Positions 21,150 through 31,207 of a stretch of 64,000 nucleotides of DNA are shown piece after piece (the first letter of the stretch is position 1; the number at the start of each line of letters is the position of its first letter). This DNA is from an uncultured Gammaproteobacteria bacterium (lineage in GTDB: Bacteria; Pseudomonadota; Gammaproteobacteria; JACCXJ01). The stretch covers positions 288,001-352,000 of the forward strand of contig CAVXTM010000011.1 in assembly GCA_963764725.1 (NCBI GenBank). Direction: 5' to 3'. A model generated the notes under the pieces. The model made no database searches. It worked only from the letters and a program-made list of their open reading frames with translations, and was not told where the DNA came from. Made by a program: the position numbers and the translations under genes.

Positions 21150-22427
21150 TCACGCCGCGGTGGCCGGCGTCCAGGGACGCGCCACGCGCAGGAGGACGGC
21201 CGCGAGCACCGCGGTGCAGAGAAGGCCCAGGCCGAAGACGACGAGCGCCTCCGTGGGACCGCGCCAGCTCCAAAGGGCGCCGAAGAGAGACGACGCCAGG
21301 AGGCGCGACAACGCCGTGGTGGTGCCGACGATCGCCAGCCCCGTGGTCAGGTGGTCCTCCGGCAATACGCTAGCGGCGAGCGCCGCTAGCACCCCGTCTG
21401 TGGCCGCGTAGTAGGCCCCGAGGAGTGCCACGCAGGCCACGATGCCCGCGGCGGAGAGATCGGCGGCGATCAACAGGCCGTAGAGGCAGAGCACCAGACC
21501 CTGCCCGGCGAGGAACACCCGGTGCCGCCCCCACCGGTCCGCCAGGCGTCCGGCGGGCAGCGCCAGGATCAGATACACGGTCGCGGTCCCCACGAACAGC
21601 AATGGAAAGAGCGTGGGCGGCACTGCGCCGCGTCCCTGCAACAACAGGTAAATCAGCGCGTCGCTCGCGGTCACAAGCCCCAGGAGTCCCCCCGCGACGA
21701 CGAGCGTAAGGAAGCGGCGGCTCGCCAGGACGGCGGCCAGACGCGCTCGCGCCGACGCGCCGGAGCCCGCGCGCTCGGGCCGATCGCGACGATTCTCCAC
21801 GAACAGGCCGAACACCGCGAGACCCACCAGCGCCACCGCGAGGCTCACGACGAAGACCGCGTCATAGGCCCCCGGCGCCGCGGCCAGGACCGCGAATGCG
21901 ACGATCGGCCCCAGCGCCGCCCCGGCGGTGTCCATAGTGCGGTGCAGACCGAATGCCGCACCGAGGCGGGACGGTTCGCTGCTCTGCGCGATCAACGCGT
22001 CGCGCGGTGCGGTGCGGATGCCTTTGCCCAGACGGTCGATCATTAGCAGCGCGGCGATCGCTGCCCAGACCGAGCCCACGAGCAGGAGGCCGAGCTTGCA
22101 GATCGCTGACAGCGCGTAGCCGACAAACGCGACCGGCTTGTATCCGCGCCCGGCGTCGGCGACCAGCCCCCCGGCCACGCGTACCAGTGCACTGGCACCC
22201 TGGTAGAGTCCATCGAGCAACCCGAACTGCAATGGGGTCATTCGCAGCTCGAGCACGAGGTACAGCGGCAAAACCGCAGTCAGCGCTTCCGAGGAGATGT
22301 CGGTGAAGAAGCTGGTGAGGCCGAGAACCACGACGTTGCGAGGGGCGGCGCCCCGGTACCGAAGGCTGGCCGCCACCACCGGCCCGATGACATCGGGCAC
22401 TCGTCGGTCTCGAATGGACGGATACAC
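21150..22427 (-). CDS. MFS transporter
   Basis: LTSFFTDISSE, DRLGKGIRTAPRDALI, FGLHRTMDTAGA, GRLADRWGR; about 12 TMs. Confidence 0.92.
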   Translation of the reverse strand: MYPSIRDRRVPDVIGPVVAASLRYRGAAPRNVVVLGLTSFFTDISSEALTAVLPLYLVLELRMTPLQFGLLDGLYQGASALVRVAGGLVADAGRGYKPVAFVGYALSAICKLGLLLVGSVWAAIAALLMIDRLGKGIRTAPRDALIAQSSEPSRLGAAFGLHRTMDTAGAALGPIVAFAVLAAAPGAYDAVFVVSLAVALVGLAVFGLFVENRRDRPERAGSGASARARLAAVLASRRFLTLVVAGGLLGLVTASDALIYLLLQGRGAVPPTLFPLLFVGTATVYLILALPAGRLADRWGRHRVFLAGQGLVLCLYGLLIAADLSAAGIVACVALLGAYYAATDGVLAALAASVLPEDHLTTGLAIVGTTTALSRLLASSLFGALWSWRGPTEALVVFGLGLLCTAVLAAVLLRVARPWTPATAA

Positions 22428-22840
22428 AGGCCCGATGGCTCAGCCGCTCAAGTCTTCCGGCATCGGCTCGCCGAGAAAGGTCTCACGCAGGGCGTACCAG
22501 AATCGAAATCGGTGTATTCGGTCGTCGTCCCGTCCGGGTTGTCGATCACCTCGCGACGGTGCATATTCATCTCATTCATCACGGCCTCCCTCAAACGCCT
22601 TGGGCGGTCAGAGTTCCAGGCATCATCTGTGCCCACGCTGGCGTATCGGGCCGGAATCGGTCGCGTTATGGCGTCTTAATGGCGTGCAGGACCAGGGGGG
22701 ATTGTCGGCTTGGGGAGATGAACCGGACGGAAAGGGTATCCATCCTCGGCACCCGAGCGCAAGATCTGGGTCGGTGTCGGCCAAGGTGGTCATGCACTGC
22801 GCTTCAATGAGATAGCCCTTGCGCGTCAATAACCGCATGA

Positions 22841-22914
22841 CGCAAACGCGCCGCGCGTCGCGGCTCCGGGCGAGGGGCCGAACCCCGAGGCGTAAGCTGT
22901 TGTCTTCCGCCAAC
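22841..22914 (+). repeat. Direct repeat, right copy (pssA 3' end)
   Basis: Matches 18497-18569 with one small indel (CCAGC vs CCGGGC) and a few substitutions. Confidence 0.95.
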
Positions 22915-23142
22915 CCGGCAGGTATAGTCGCCTCATGCCGTATACCGTCACCGATAGGTACGTGTTCGCCGTTTGCAAGACGGCGCCGATCGCGCTGCCG
23001 CCGCCCCGGCTGCCCTCCCCGCTGCTGCCCGGCTAGGGCAGAACGATCGAAACTAAAATTCCCGTGACAGCCGGTGTCCTTTAAAGACACCAGAACGGTA
23101 TGCTTTTAGACGACTCGCGCCCATCCGGGCGGGAGGATAGGC
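22900..23142 (+). promoter_or_regulatory. leuA promoter and leader with putative 33-aa leader peptide (22935-23036)
   Basis: TTGTCT-N17-TATAGT-N6-ATG; uORF MPYTVTDRYVFAVCKTAPIALPPPRLPSPLLPG*; hairpins and anti-SD. Confidence 0.5.
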
Positions 23143-24690
23143 ATGAAAGACAAGTTGATCATTTTCGATACGACCTTGCGCGACGGCGAGCAAAGCCCCG
23201 GCGCCTCGATGACCAAGGACGAGAAGGTTCGCATCGCCAAAGCCCTGGAGCGGATGCGCGTCGATGTCATCGAGGCGGGCTTCCCGATCGCGAGCCCAGG
23301 CGATTTCGAGGCCGTGCATGCGGTGGCGGCGGCGGTCAAGGAAAGTACCGTCTGCGCGCTGGCGCGGGCGCTGGAGCGCGATATCGACACCGCCGCCGCG
23401 GCGCTCAAAGGCGCGCGCTCGGCGCGTATCCATACGTTTATCGCTACCTCGCCCATTCATATGCGCAGCAAACTCAAGATGTCATCCGAACAAGTCATCG
23501 AGCATGCGGTCAAGGCGGTGAAACGGGCGCGCAGCCATGTCGAGGATGTCGAGTTCTCGCCCGAGGATGCGGGGCGCTCCGATTTCGAATTTCTGTGCCG
23601 CGTGCTCGAAGCCGTGATCGAGGCCGGCGCAAGGACGGTCAATATCCCGGATACTGTCGGATACAGTCTTCCCGGCCAGTTCGGAGCGCTTATCAAGGAT
23701 CTGATCGAACGCGTGCCGAACAGCGACAAGGCGGTGTTTTCCGTGCACTGCCATAACGACTTGGGAATGGCGGTCGGAAACTCCTTATCCGCGGTGCTCA
23801 ACGGTGCGCGCCAAGTCGAATGCACGATTAACGGTCTCGGCGAGCGCGCCGGCAATGCGGCGCTGGAAGAGATCGCCATGGCGGTGCGCACCCGTCGCGA
23901 CCAGTTTTCCTGTGAAGTGAGGATCGACACCACGCAGATCCTGCATTGCTCGAGGCTGGTATCCAACATCACCGGCTTTCCGGTGCAACCGAACAAGGCC
24001 ATCGTCGGGGCGAACGCGTTTGCCCACGAATCCGGCATTCATCAAGATGGCGTGCTCAAGAGCCGGGAGACCTACGAGATTATGCGCGCCGAAGATGTCG
24101 GTTGGCACGCCAACCGGATGGTGCTAGGCAAACATTCGGGCCGCAATGCGTTTCGTACCCGCTTGCGCGAGATTGGGGTGGATTTTACCCGCGAAGAGGA
24201 CCTCAACGAGGCATTCATGCGCTTCAAGGAGTTGGCGGACAAGAAGCATGAGATCTATGACGAAGATCTGCAGGCGCTGGTCACCGAGACCCATGTCTCA
24301 AGTGGCGTCGAAGCCGTTAAGCTGGTCTCGCTTAAGGTCTGCTCCGAGACCGGAGAGACCCCAAAAGCGCAGATCACCTTGCAGTGGAACGGCAATGAGC
24401 AACAGCGGATCGCCGATGGCAGCGGGCCGGTGGATGCCGCCTTTAAAGCCATCGAAGGCATTATCGAAAGCGGTTGCAACCTGCAATTGTTCTCCGTCAA
24501 TAACATCACCACCGGCTCCGATGCACAAGGGGAGGTGACGGTGCGTTTGGAGCGCGCCGGGCGGATCGTAAACGGTCAGGGCGCGGATACCGATATCATC
24601 ATTGCCTCGGCCAAAGCCTATATCAACGCCCTGAACAAGGTACTGTCCTCCCCCGAACGGCACCACCCGCAAACATCGAGTCAGGTGTAA
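23143..24690 (+). CDS. leuA: 2-isopropylmalate synthase
   Basis: [37 protein letters not shown]. Confidence 0.98.
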   Translation: MKDKLIIFDTTLRDGEQSPGASMTKDEKVRIAKALERMRVDVIEAGFPIASPGDFEAVHAVAAAVKESTVCALARALERDIDTAAAALKGARSARIHTFIATSPIHMRSKLKMSSEQVIEHAVKAVKRARSHVEDVEFSPEDAGRSDFEFLCRVLEAVIEAGARTVNIPDTVGYSLPGQFGALIKDLIERVPNSDKAVFSVHCHNDLGMAVGNSLSAVLNGARQVECTINGLGERAGNAALEEIAMAVRTRRDQFSCEVRIDTTQILHCSRLVSNITGFPVQPNKAIVGANAFAHESGIHQDGVLKSRETYEIMRAEDVGWHANRMVLGKHSGRNAFRTRLREIGVDFTREEDLNEAFMRFKELADKKHEIYDEDLQALVTETHVSSGVEAVKLVSLKVCSETGETPKAQITLQWNGNEQQRIADGSGPVDAAFKAIEGIIESGCNLQLFSVNNITTGSDAQGEVTVRLERAGRIVNGQGADTDIIIASAKAYINALNKVLSSPERHHPQTSSQV

Positions 24691-24703
24691 CGAGCCGCTA
24701 ACA

Positions 24704-25402
24704 ATGGTAACCCGAGCACGCTATCTCCAGGCGATGGGGATCGACGTCTGGCGGCGCCGCGCCGCGGTGCGTGAGCATCAAGCCGCGGCGCCGATAGCGG
24801 ACGGTAACGCCGTCCCCGCGATCACACGAATGATCTGGGAGGAGTTGCGACGCTCGGTGGCCGAGTGCACGCGCTGCGAGCTGCACCGCGGGCGTACGCA
24901 AACGGTCTTTGGCGTCGGCGATCCGCACGCGGAGTGGCTCATCATCGGCGAGGCGCCGGGGGCCGAAGAGGACCGTCAGGGCGAGCCGTTCGTCGGCCGG
25001 GCGGGGCAATTGCTCACCGCCATGTTGTTTGCTGTTGGTCTCAAACGCGAACAGGTCTTCATCGCCAATATCTTGAAATGCCGGCCACCGAATAATCGCG
25101 ATCCGCGGCCTGAAGAGATTAACTGCTGTACACCCTTCCTGGAACGCCAAATCGCGCTCGTGGCACCGAGAATCATCCTCGCCGTCGGCCGGATCGCGGG
25201 TCAAAATCTGCTGAATACCAGCACCTCGATCGGCAAACTGCGCGGTCAGGCTTTCGCGTACGGGGATCGCCGCATCCCGTTGGTCGTTACCTATCATCCG
25301 GCATATCTGCTGCGCTCCCCGCGTGAAAAACGCAAGGTCTGGCAAGACCTATTATTCGCGAAGCGCCTGTATCGGGAATCGATGCGGGAGGTGCCCGCAT
25401 GA
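24704..25402 (+). CDS. Family-4 uracil-DNA glycosylase with HolD-like N-terminal peptide
   Basis: [35 protein letters not shown]; N-terminus [16 protein letters not shown]. Confidence 0.92.
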   Translation: MVTRARYLQAMGIDVWRRRAAVREHQAAAPIADGNAVPAITRMIWEELRRSVAECTRCELHRGRTQTVFGVGDPHAEWLIIGEAPGAEEDRQGEPFVGRAGQLLTAMLFAVGLKREQVFIANILKCRPPNNRDPRPEEINCCTPFLERQIALVAPRIILAVGRIAGQNLLNTSTSIGKLRGQAFAYGDRRIPLVVTYHPAYLLRSPREKRKVWQDLLFAKRLYRESMREVPA

Positions 25403-25881
25403 GCGCGTTGCTCAAGCCCATGACAGTCACCTTGCGGCCCATGCTCGAACGCGATGTGCCGGAAGTGATCGAGATCGAACGGCAGGCCTACGACTTCCCT
25501 TGGAGCAAGGGCGTGATGCTCGACTGCATTCGCTGTGGTTACATCTCCTGGGTGCTGGAACACGAAGGGCTCATCGGCGCCTATAGTTTCATGACCGTGG
25601 CGGCTGGTGAGGCGCATCTGTTGAACCTTTGTGTCAAACCGCGCTGGCAGGGTAGGCGATTCGGGCGCACGCTTCTGGAGCACGTGGTCGAGGACGCGCG
25701 CGCGCGCGGCGCGGAGACGATGTTACTGGAGGTTCGGCCCTCGAACGGGCCGGCGCGACAGCTTTACGCGCGCGCCGGCTTCAAGGAGATCGGCCAGCGG
25801 CCGGATTACTATCCGGCCCATGAGGGCAGAGAAGAGGCGTTGATGTTAGCACTGCCACTTCTCACCCGCGCGTTTCGTTAG
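25399..25881 (+). CDS. rimI: Ribosomal protein S18 alanine N-acetyltransferase
   Basis: EAHLLNLCV, LEVRPSN, YYPAHEGREEA. Confidence 0.93.
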   Translation: MSALLKPMTVTLRPMLERDVPEVIEIERQAYDFPWSKGVMLDCIRCGYISWVLEHEGLIGAYSFMTVAAGEAHLLNLCVKPRWQGRRFGRTLLEHVVEDARARGAETMLLEVRPSNGPARQLYARAGFKEIGQRPDYYPAHEGREEALMLALPLLTRAFR

Positions 25882-25894
25882 GGAAGCTCTTGGG

Positions 25895-26998
25895 TCACTT
25901 GTTCAGTTCGGTACGCAATAGGCGCAGGATGCGCGCGGCGGTCGCGCTGTTATCCCAATTCCCGTCCGGGTCCAATACGATGACCTCGGTGTTATTGCCG
26001 ACGTCGGTGAGATGGATCTCAAACTCATCGTCGTCATCGTCACGCCAGAAGGCTAGGCTCGATAAAAAGCCCTTGTCCGGTTTCGGGGCCTCGGTGTCGG
26101 AGAAGCGGAGGTAGTAGCTGCCGCGCGATCGGTCTTCATCTTCCACCTTGGCCCCGATCTGTCCCAGTGCGAACCCGGTATTGCGCCACACCTTCGCGAA
26201 GTCGTTGGACACCCGCAGATAAGCTTTTCCTTCGCCCGCGTTCAATAGATCGGCGCGGGTGGGCTCCCCGGACGGCGCGGCCGGCCCGGATGATAATTTC
26301 GGCTTGGGGCCGGGTGGAGGCTGTCGGCCTTCCGCGGTGGGTTCGACGGATTGGCCGCTCAGCACTTTCTTCAGGCGCGCCGCCATGCGTTCCTCGAGCC
26401 CCGCATCCCGGGGGCGCTCCCGCCACTCGAGACCGTCTCCGATCGGCGTGAGCGCCTCGCCGACATGGGAGAGGTAGAGCACGGTCGTGCCGCTTTCCTC
26501 GCCGGCCTCAACGAACACCTTGAAGCGATCGCGCTCTTGCTTGGCGCGGTTTTCAACCCACCCGGTTTCCAAGACCCCGAGATCTTCATCATCGACATCC
26601 AAGGCATAGCCGCGGTCTTTCAAAAAGGGCCGCAGCTCGGTCCACACCACGGCAGGTTCGGCGTCGATGATGAGCAGCGTCTCATCCGCCAACACCCCAA
26701 GCTTGGCCGCGCTAGGACTCTCCGCCGATCCGGCTTCCCGCTGTTTTTTTCGTTGGGCAATGCGCTCTTGATAGGTTGAATAGCGTGCCGTTCCGCTCGC
26801 GTCTACATCCGGTACCGCCAGAGTGTCGCGGATGGAATCGGTGGTGAGATCCGGGGGCACTTCCAGGTCGGGGAGCGATTGACTCTTTTGATACTCCTTC
26901 TGCTTGTCGAGGGTGACTTCATCGAACGTCGGAAACCACGCGCATCCGGCGATCACAAGCACACCCGCGACCAAGCCCGTTGACCGTATTCGCAACAC
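25895..26998 (-). CDS. bamC: Outer membrane assembly lipoprotein BamC
   Basis: Lipobox IAGC, LEVPPDL, GVLETGW; downstream of dapA. Confidence 0.88.
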   Translation of the reverse strand: MLRIRSTGLVAGVLVIAGCAWFPTFDEVTLDKQKEYQKSQSLPDLEVPPDLTTDSIRDTLAVPDVDASGTARYSTYQERIAQRKKQREAGSAESPSAAKLGVLADETLLIIDAEPAVVWTELRPFLKDRGYALDVDDEDLGVLETGWVENRAKQERDRFKVFVEAGEESGTTVLYLSHVGEALTPIGDGLEWRERPRDAGLEERMAARLKKVLSGQSVEPTAEGRQPPPGPKPKLSSGPAAPSGEPTRADLLNAGEGKAYLRVSNDFAKVWRNTGFALGQIGAKVEDEDRSRGSYYLRFSDTEAPKPDKGFLSSLAFWRDDDDDEFEIHLTDVGNNTEVIVLDPDGNWDNSATAARILRLLRTELNK

Positions 26999-27053
26999 CT
27001 CAATTCACCTCATCCATTGCTTGACCGCGGAAGTCGTCGGCGCGCCGCCGCAG

Positions 27054-27956
27054 TCACGAAGATGCCGCGTTAGCGAGCCCCGCTTGTGCCATCGCCACCC
27101 TCACTTGGCCGTGGTACGCCTCGGCGAGCCAGGTCAAGGGCAGGCGAATGCCCTTCTTGACGAAACCCATTTGGTTTAGGGCCCATTTCGCTGGTATCGG
27201 GTTAGACTCCGAAAACAATTCCCGGTGCAGCCCCTCGAGCGTCGCGTTGAGTGTCTCCGCTCCCGCCCGATCGCCCGCCAAAGCCCGTGCGCACAGGAGG
27301 TGCATGGATCGCGGGGCCACGTTGGCGGTTACCGAAATCACGCCTTGCCCGCCGCGCACGATAAACTCCATCGCCGTCGCATCATCACCGCTCACGATCA
27401 TGAAGCCGTCCCCGCAATGCTCGCGCAACGACGCCACTCGGTCCAGATCGGCGGTCGCTTCCTTGATACCGATAATGTTGCGGATCCGGGACAGGCGGCC
27501 GGCGGTCGCGGGCACCAAGTCGCACGCGGTACGTCCCGGCACGTTATAAAGAATTTGCGGGATCGCAACGGCCTCGGCCACGGCCTTGTGGTGCAGGAAA
27601 AGCCCTTCCTGCGTCGGCTTATTGTAGTAGGGGGTGACCAGCAGGCAGGCATCGGCCCCCGCTTCGCGCGCGAACGCGGTCAGCCGAACGGCCTCGGTGG
27701 TCGAATTGGCGCCTGTTCCGGCGATCACCGGAATGCGCTTGTTGGCCTGTCGCACGACCTGGCGAATCACCTCGCAATGCTCCTTCTCGTCGAGCGTGGC
27801 CGACTCACCGGTCGTGCCGACAGCGACGATCGCATCGCTGCCCTCGGCGATATGAAACTCCACGAACTCCCGTAAAGCCTTCCAATCGATGGGCACATCG
27901 GGACTGATCCCAGTCTCCATCGGCGTTACTATCGCCACCATACTGCCTCGAAACAT
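27054..27956 (-). CDS. dapA: 4-hydroxy-tetrahydrodipicolinate synthase
   Basis: GTTGES, PYYNKP, YNVPGRT, GIKEA. Confidence 0.98.
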   Translation of the reverse strand: MFRGSMVAIVTPMETGISPDVPIDWKALREFVEFHIAEGSDAIVAVGTTGESATLDEKEHCEVIRQVVRQANKRIPVIAGTGANSTTEAVRLTAFAREAGADACLLVTPYYNKPTQEGLFLHHKAVAEAVAIPQILYNVPGRTACDLVPATAGRLSRIRNIIGIKEATADLDRVASLREHCGDGFMIVSGDDATAMEFIVRGGQGVISVTANVAPRSMHLLCARALAGDRAGAETLNATLEGLHRELFSESNPIPAKWALNQMGFVKKGIRLPLTWLAEAYHGQVRVAMAQAGLANAASS

Positions 27957-28122
27957 GAAACGAATGCCTTCCCCCTTTTAGGTGCCGGCCATAGTACGTT
28001 CCAATGACTACCTTGACAAGAATGGTCCAATTTCTTTGGACGGCTCGAACCGCCCTTGCCGGGGCATGGGTTTTCAATGCACAATCTCGGCTATACTTCC
28101 GGGATCTGCCAAACCCTTACCG

Positions 28123-28662
28123 ATGATCACCGTGGTACAGAATCATCTCGTCATCTCCGCGATCGGGAGCAACCGTTCGGGGCTGGTTCACCAATTTTCC
28201 AAGGCGGTTAAGGACTGTGGTTGTAACATCCTGGATAGCCGGATGACCGTTCTGGGCGGCGAGTTCGCGATGGTTTTATTGCTTGCCGGAACGTGGGACG
28301 CGGTGGCGAAAATCGAGAGCATGGTGCCTCGGCTCGCAGACAGCTTGGGGCTCACGATCAGCTCCAAGCGTACCGACGCGCGTAAAAAGCTGGGCAATAT
28401 GATGCCCTATGCCGTGGAGGTGGTATCGATCGATCATCCCGGCATCGTGCATGATATCGCCCAGTTTTTTTCCACCCGCGATATCAATATCGAAGAAATG
28501 TATACCGGAAGCTATTCCGCGGCGCACACCGGCACACCGATGTTCTCCCTCCACGTCACCATCAGTGTGCCGACGAATACCTCCATCGCGGCCTTACGCG
28601 GCGAATTCATGGACTTTTGCGATCAACTCAACCTCGATGCCGTGATGGAGCCGGTTAAATGA
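28123..28662 (+). CDS. gcvR: Glycine cleavage transcriptional repressor GcvR (ACT domains)
   Basis: HLVISAIG...GCNILDSRM...DHPGIVH; divergent from dapA. Confidence 0.9.
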   Translation: MITVVQNHLVISAIGSNRSGLVHQFSKAVKDCGCNILDSRMTVLGGEFAMVLLLAGTWDAVAKIESMVPRLADSLGLTISSKRTDARKKLGNMMPYAVEVVSIDHPGIVHDIAQFFSTRDINIEEMYTGSYSAAHTGTPMFSLHVTISVPTNTSIAALRGEFMDFCDQLNLDAVMEPVK

Positions 28663-29144
28663 GCGCCGCCATGCCGAGCATTCGTGTCGGGGATCCCGTG
28701 CCCGATTTCTATCTGCCCTTGACCGGCGGCCGGCGGCTCCGCCTGTCAGATCTAAGGCATAAGAAGGTGGTCTTGTATTTTTATCCCAAGGACCATACGC
28801 CAGGCTGTACGCAAGAGAGTCAGGACTTTCGAGATCTCGCCAAGGAGTTCGAGAAGTATGCGGCGATCATCATCGGGGTTTCGCGCGATAGTCTCGGTTC
28901 GCACGAACGCTTCAAGGAGGCGCAATGCCTGCCCTTCGACCTCCTCTCCGACGCCGATGAGACCATGTGCCAGGCGTACGGGGTCATGAAGGAAAAGAAC
29001 ATGTACGGCAAGAAGGTATTCGGCATCGAAAGGAGCACCTTCTTGGTCGATGGCGAGGGCGTGTTGCGCCGCGAATGGCGCAAGGTCAAGGTTGCCGGAC
29101 ACGCCGCCGAGGTTCTCGAGGCGCTAAAAACGCTCACCCCCTGA
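28659..29144 (+). CDS. bcp: Peroxiredoxin Bcp
   Basis: VLYFYPKDHTPGCT, GIERSTFL. Confidence 0.94.
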   Translation: MSAAMPSIRVGDPVPDFYLPLTGGRRLRLSDLRHKKVVLYFYPKDHTPGCTQESQDFRDLAKEFEKYAAIIIGVSRDSLGSHERFKEAQCLPFDLLSDADETMCQAYGVMKEKNMYGKKVFGIERSTFLVDGEGVLRREWRKVKVAGHAAEVLEALKTLTP

Positions 29145-29162
29145 ACAATCGCCGCGGGCTTG

Positions 29163-30569
29163 ATGGTCACCGATTCTAAGCCCCGCCTGTTCGTGCTCGA
29201 CACCAACGTGTTGATGCACGATCCCACCGCCATGTTCCGTTTCGATGAGCATGATGTTTACTTGCCGATGGTCGTGCTCGAAGAGCTCGACGCCGCTAAG
29301 AAGGGGGTTTCGGAGGTCGCCCGCAACGCGCGTCAGGTGAGCCGTATGCTCGACGATTTGATTGGTCCCGCCGACCGAGACCAGATCGAGCGCGGCCTGG
29401 CGCTGCCGCAGCCGAATCACAAATCCATGCTCTCCTCGCTACGGGGCCGCTTGTTCTTGCAAACCCACACCCTGCCGCAGGATTTACCGATGCCGGTGCC
29501 CGGTATTAAGGCGAATCATTTTATCCTCGCCGCCGCGATCGAGTTGCAAAAAATGCATGCGCAGCGTACGGTGGTTCTGGTCTCGAAGGACATCAACCTT
29601 CGGATCAAGGCCCGCATGCTCGGCGTGCATGCCGAAGAATATCACAGCGATCAGGTGATCGACGATGTCGATCTCCTCTACACGGGTGTGGTCGACTTAC
29701 CCGCCGATTTTTGGGACCAGCACGGCAAGGATATATCTTGTTGGCAGGAGAACGGACGCACGCGCTATACCGTGCGCGGTCCGCTCGCCGGGCAGTGCTT
29801 TCCGAATCAGTTCGTGTGCCATCAAAATCATGGCAACCTCGAGGCTATCGTCCGGCGCATCGAAGGTCACGAAGCGGTGATCGAGCAAGTCATCGATTAC
29901 CGGGTGACGCGCAACGCGGTCTGGGGAATCACCGCCCGCAACCGCGAGCAGAACTTCGCCTTGAACCTGTTGCTGGATCCCAGCGTGGACTTCGTGACCC
30001 TGCTCGGTACGGCGGGTACGGGCAAGACCTTGCTTGCACTCGCCGCGGGCCTAGCCCAGACCATGGAAACCCATGGCTACCGGGAGATCGTCATGACTCG
30101 CGTCACGGTGCCGGTTGGTGAGGACATCGGCTTTCTGCCCGGCACCGAAGAGGAAAAAATGACACCTTGGATGGGCGCGCTCATGGACAATCTCGAAGTG
30201 CTCACCCAAACCGAATCGGGAGGCGAGTGGGGCCGGGCCGCGACCCATGATCTGATTCAGAAACGCATCAAGATCCGGTCGTTAAACTTCATGCGCGGCC
30301 GCACCTTTCTCAACCGCTACGTCATTATCGACGAAGCCCAAAACCTGACCCCGAAGCAAATGAAGACCTTGATCACGCGCGCGGGGCCCGGCACCAAGAT
30401 GGTGTGCCTGGGCAATATCGGTCAAATCGATACACCCTATCTCAGCGAGACCACCTCCGGCCTCACCTATGTCGTGGACCGCTTCAAGGGCTGGCCTCAC
30501 GGTGGCCATGTGATCCTGGTCCGAGGCGAGCGCTCGCGCCTCGCGGACTTCGCGGCTGAGGCCTTATAG
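29163..30569 (+). CDS. PIN-PhoH fusion (PhoH2-type)
   Basis: FVLDTNVLMHDP (PIN), GTAGTGKT, RGRTF, DEAQNLT. Confidence 0.92.
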   Translation: MVTDSKPRLFVLDTNVLMHDPTAMFRFDEHDVYLPMVVLEELDAAKKGVSEVARNARQVSRMLDDLIGPADRDQIERGLALPQPNHKSMLSSLRGRLFLQTHTLPQDLPMPVPGIKANHFILAAAIELQKMHAQRTVVLVSKDINLRIKARMLGVHAEEYHSDQVIDDVDLLYTGVVDLPADFWDQHGKDISCWQENGRTRYTVRGPLAGQCFPNQFVCHQNHGNLEAIVRRIEGHEAVIEQVIDYRVTRNAVWGITARNREQNFALNLLLDPSVDFVTLLGTAGTGKTLLALAAGLAQTMETHGYREIVMTRVTVPVGEDIGFLPGTEEEKMTPWMGALMDNLEVLTQTESGGEWGRAATHDLIQKRIKIRSLNFMRGRTFLNRYVIIDEAQNLTPKQMKTLITRAGPGTKMVCLGNIGQIDTPYLSETTSGLTYVVDRFKGWPHGGHVILVRGERSRLADFAAEAL

Positions 30570-30608
30570 AACCCCACTTAAACGGTGCGGGGAAATTAGG
30601 GGACTGAC

Positions 30609-31144
30609 CTGAGGGATCTTCACGAAATATTGGCGTCGAGCGCAGTCGTTATGATTCAAGGTTCGGGACTCTGGCGTTACGCAGTGGGATGCTTTGCCAG
30701 GCGATGCATAATTCGACGGCTGTAATAGTGATCCTGCGCCCGCTAATAGATCTGTACCACTCTATGGGCGAGTTTGTGGCCAGCCAAAATCCATGGCTCG
30801 CGCGCTGCTCGGGCAACCTTCTCGCTACGCTGACTGCGTGAGCGCTTGCCGTAGCGGTTGATTTCATGGCGCCCCTTGGCCTTGCCTTTGTAGATCACCA
30901 GTTGGCAGACATGGCCTGACTACGGGCCAACCGCACTTCGCCCAAGGCCCGGGGTGTGGCACTCGCCTGTGAGTGCAGCGAGTTAACCGATATCCACTCG
31001 CTCCAGTGACATGTGTAATACCTGATTGCGTCGCCACGCGTCGAGATCGGACCAATCAACCAGTAGCACCGGATGTTCCTGCTGTCCCACCAACCGTTGC
31101 GCCAGCACTCCATACATCGAAGGTTCGGATTGCAGGTGCGGGTT
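30609..31144 (-). mobile_element. Degraded IS4-family (IS10-like) element
   Basis: Minus-strand fragments NPHLQSE...HPVLLVDWSDLD and CQLVIYKGKAKGRH...AAREPWIL/LATN with deletions and frameshifts; IS10-like end CTGAGGGATCTTCACGAAAT at 30609. Confidence 0.8.
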
Positions 31145-31207
31145 TGGCCGTGCTTTTTGCGCACGTAAAGGTTAAGGGCCAGGCTCGAAATACCGGCTAA
31201 GGTTTGT

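Larger units (their letters stand above)
18570..22840. mobile_element. Genomic islet (~4.3 kb) between duplicated pssA 3' ends; no integrase
   Basis: Flanking ~73-bp direct repeats; interrupts pssA-leuA; all four genes antisense to the host operon. Confidence 0.75.
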
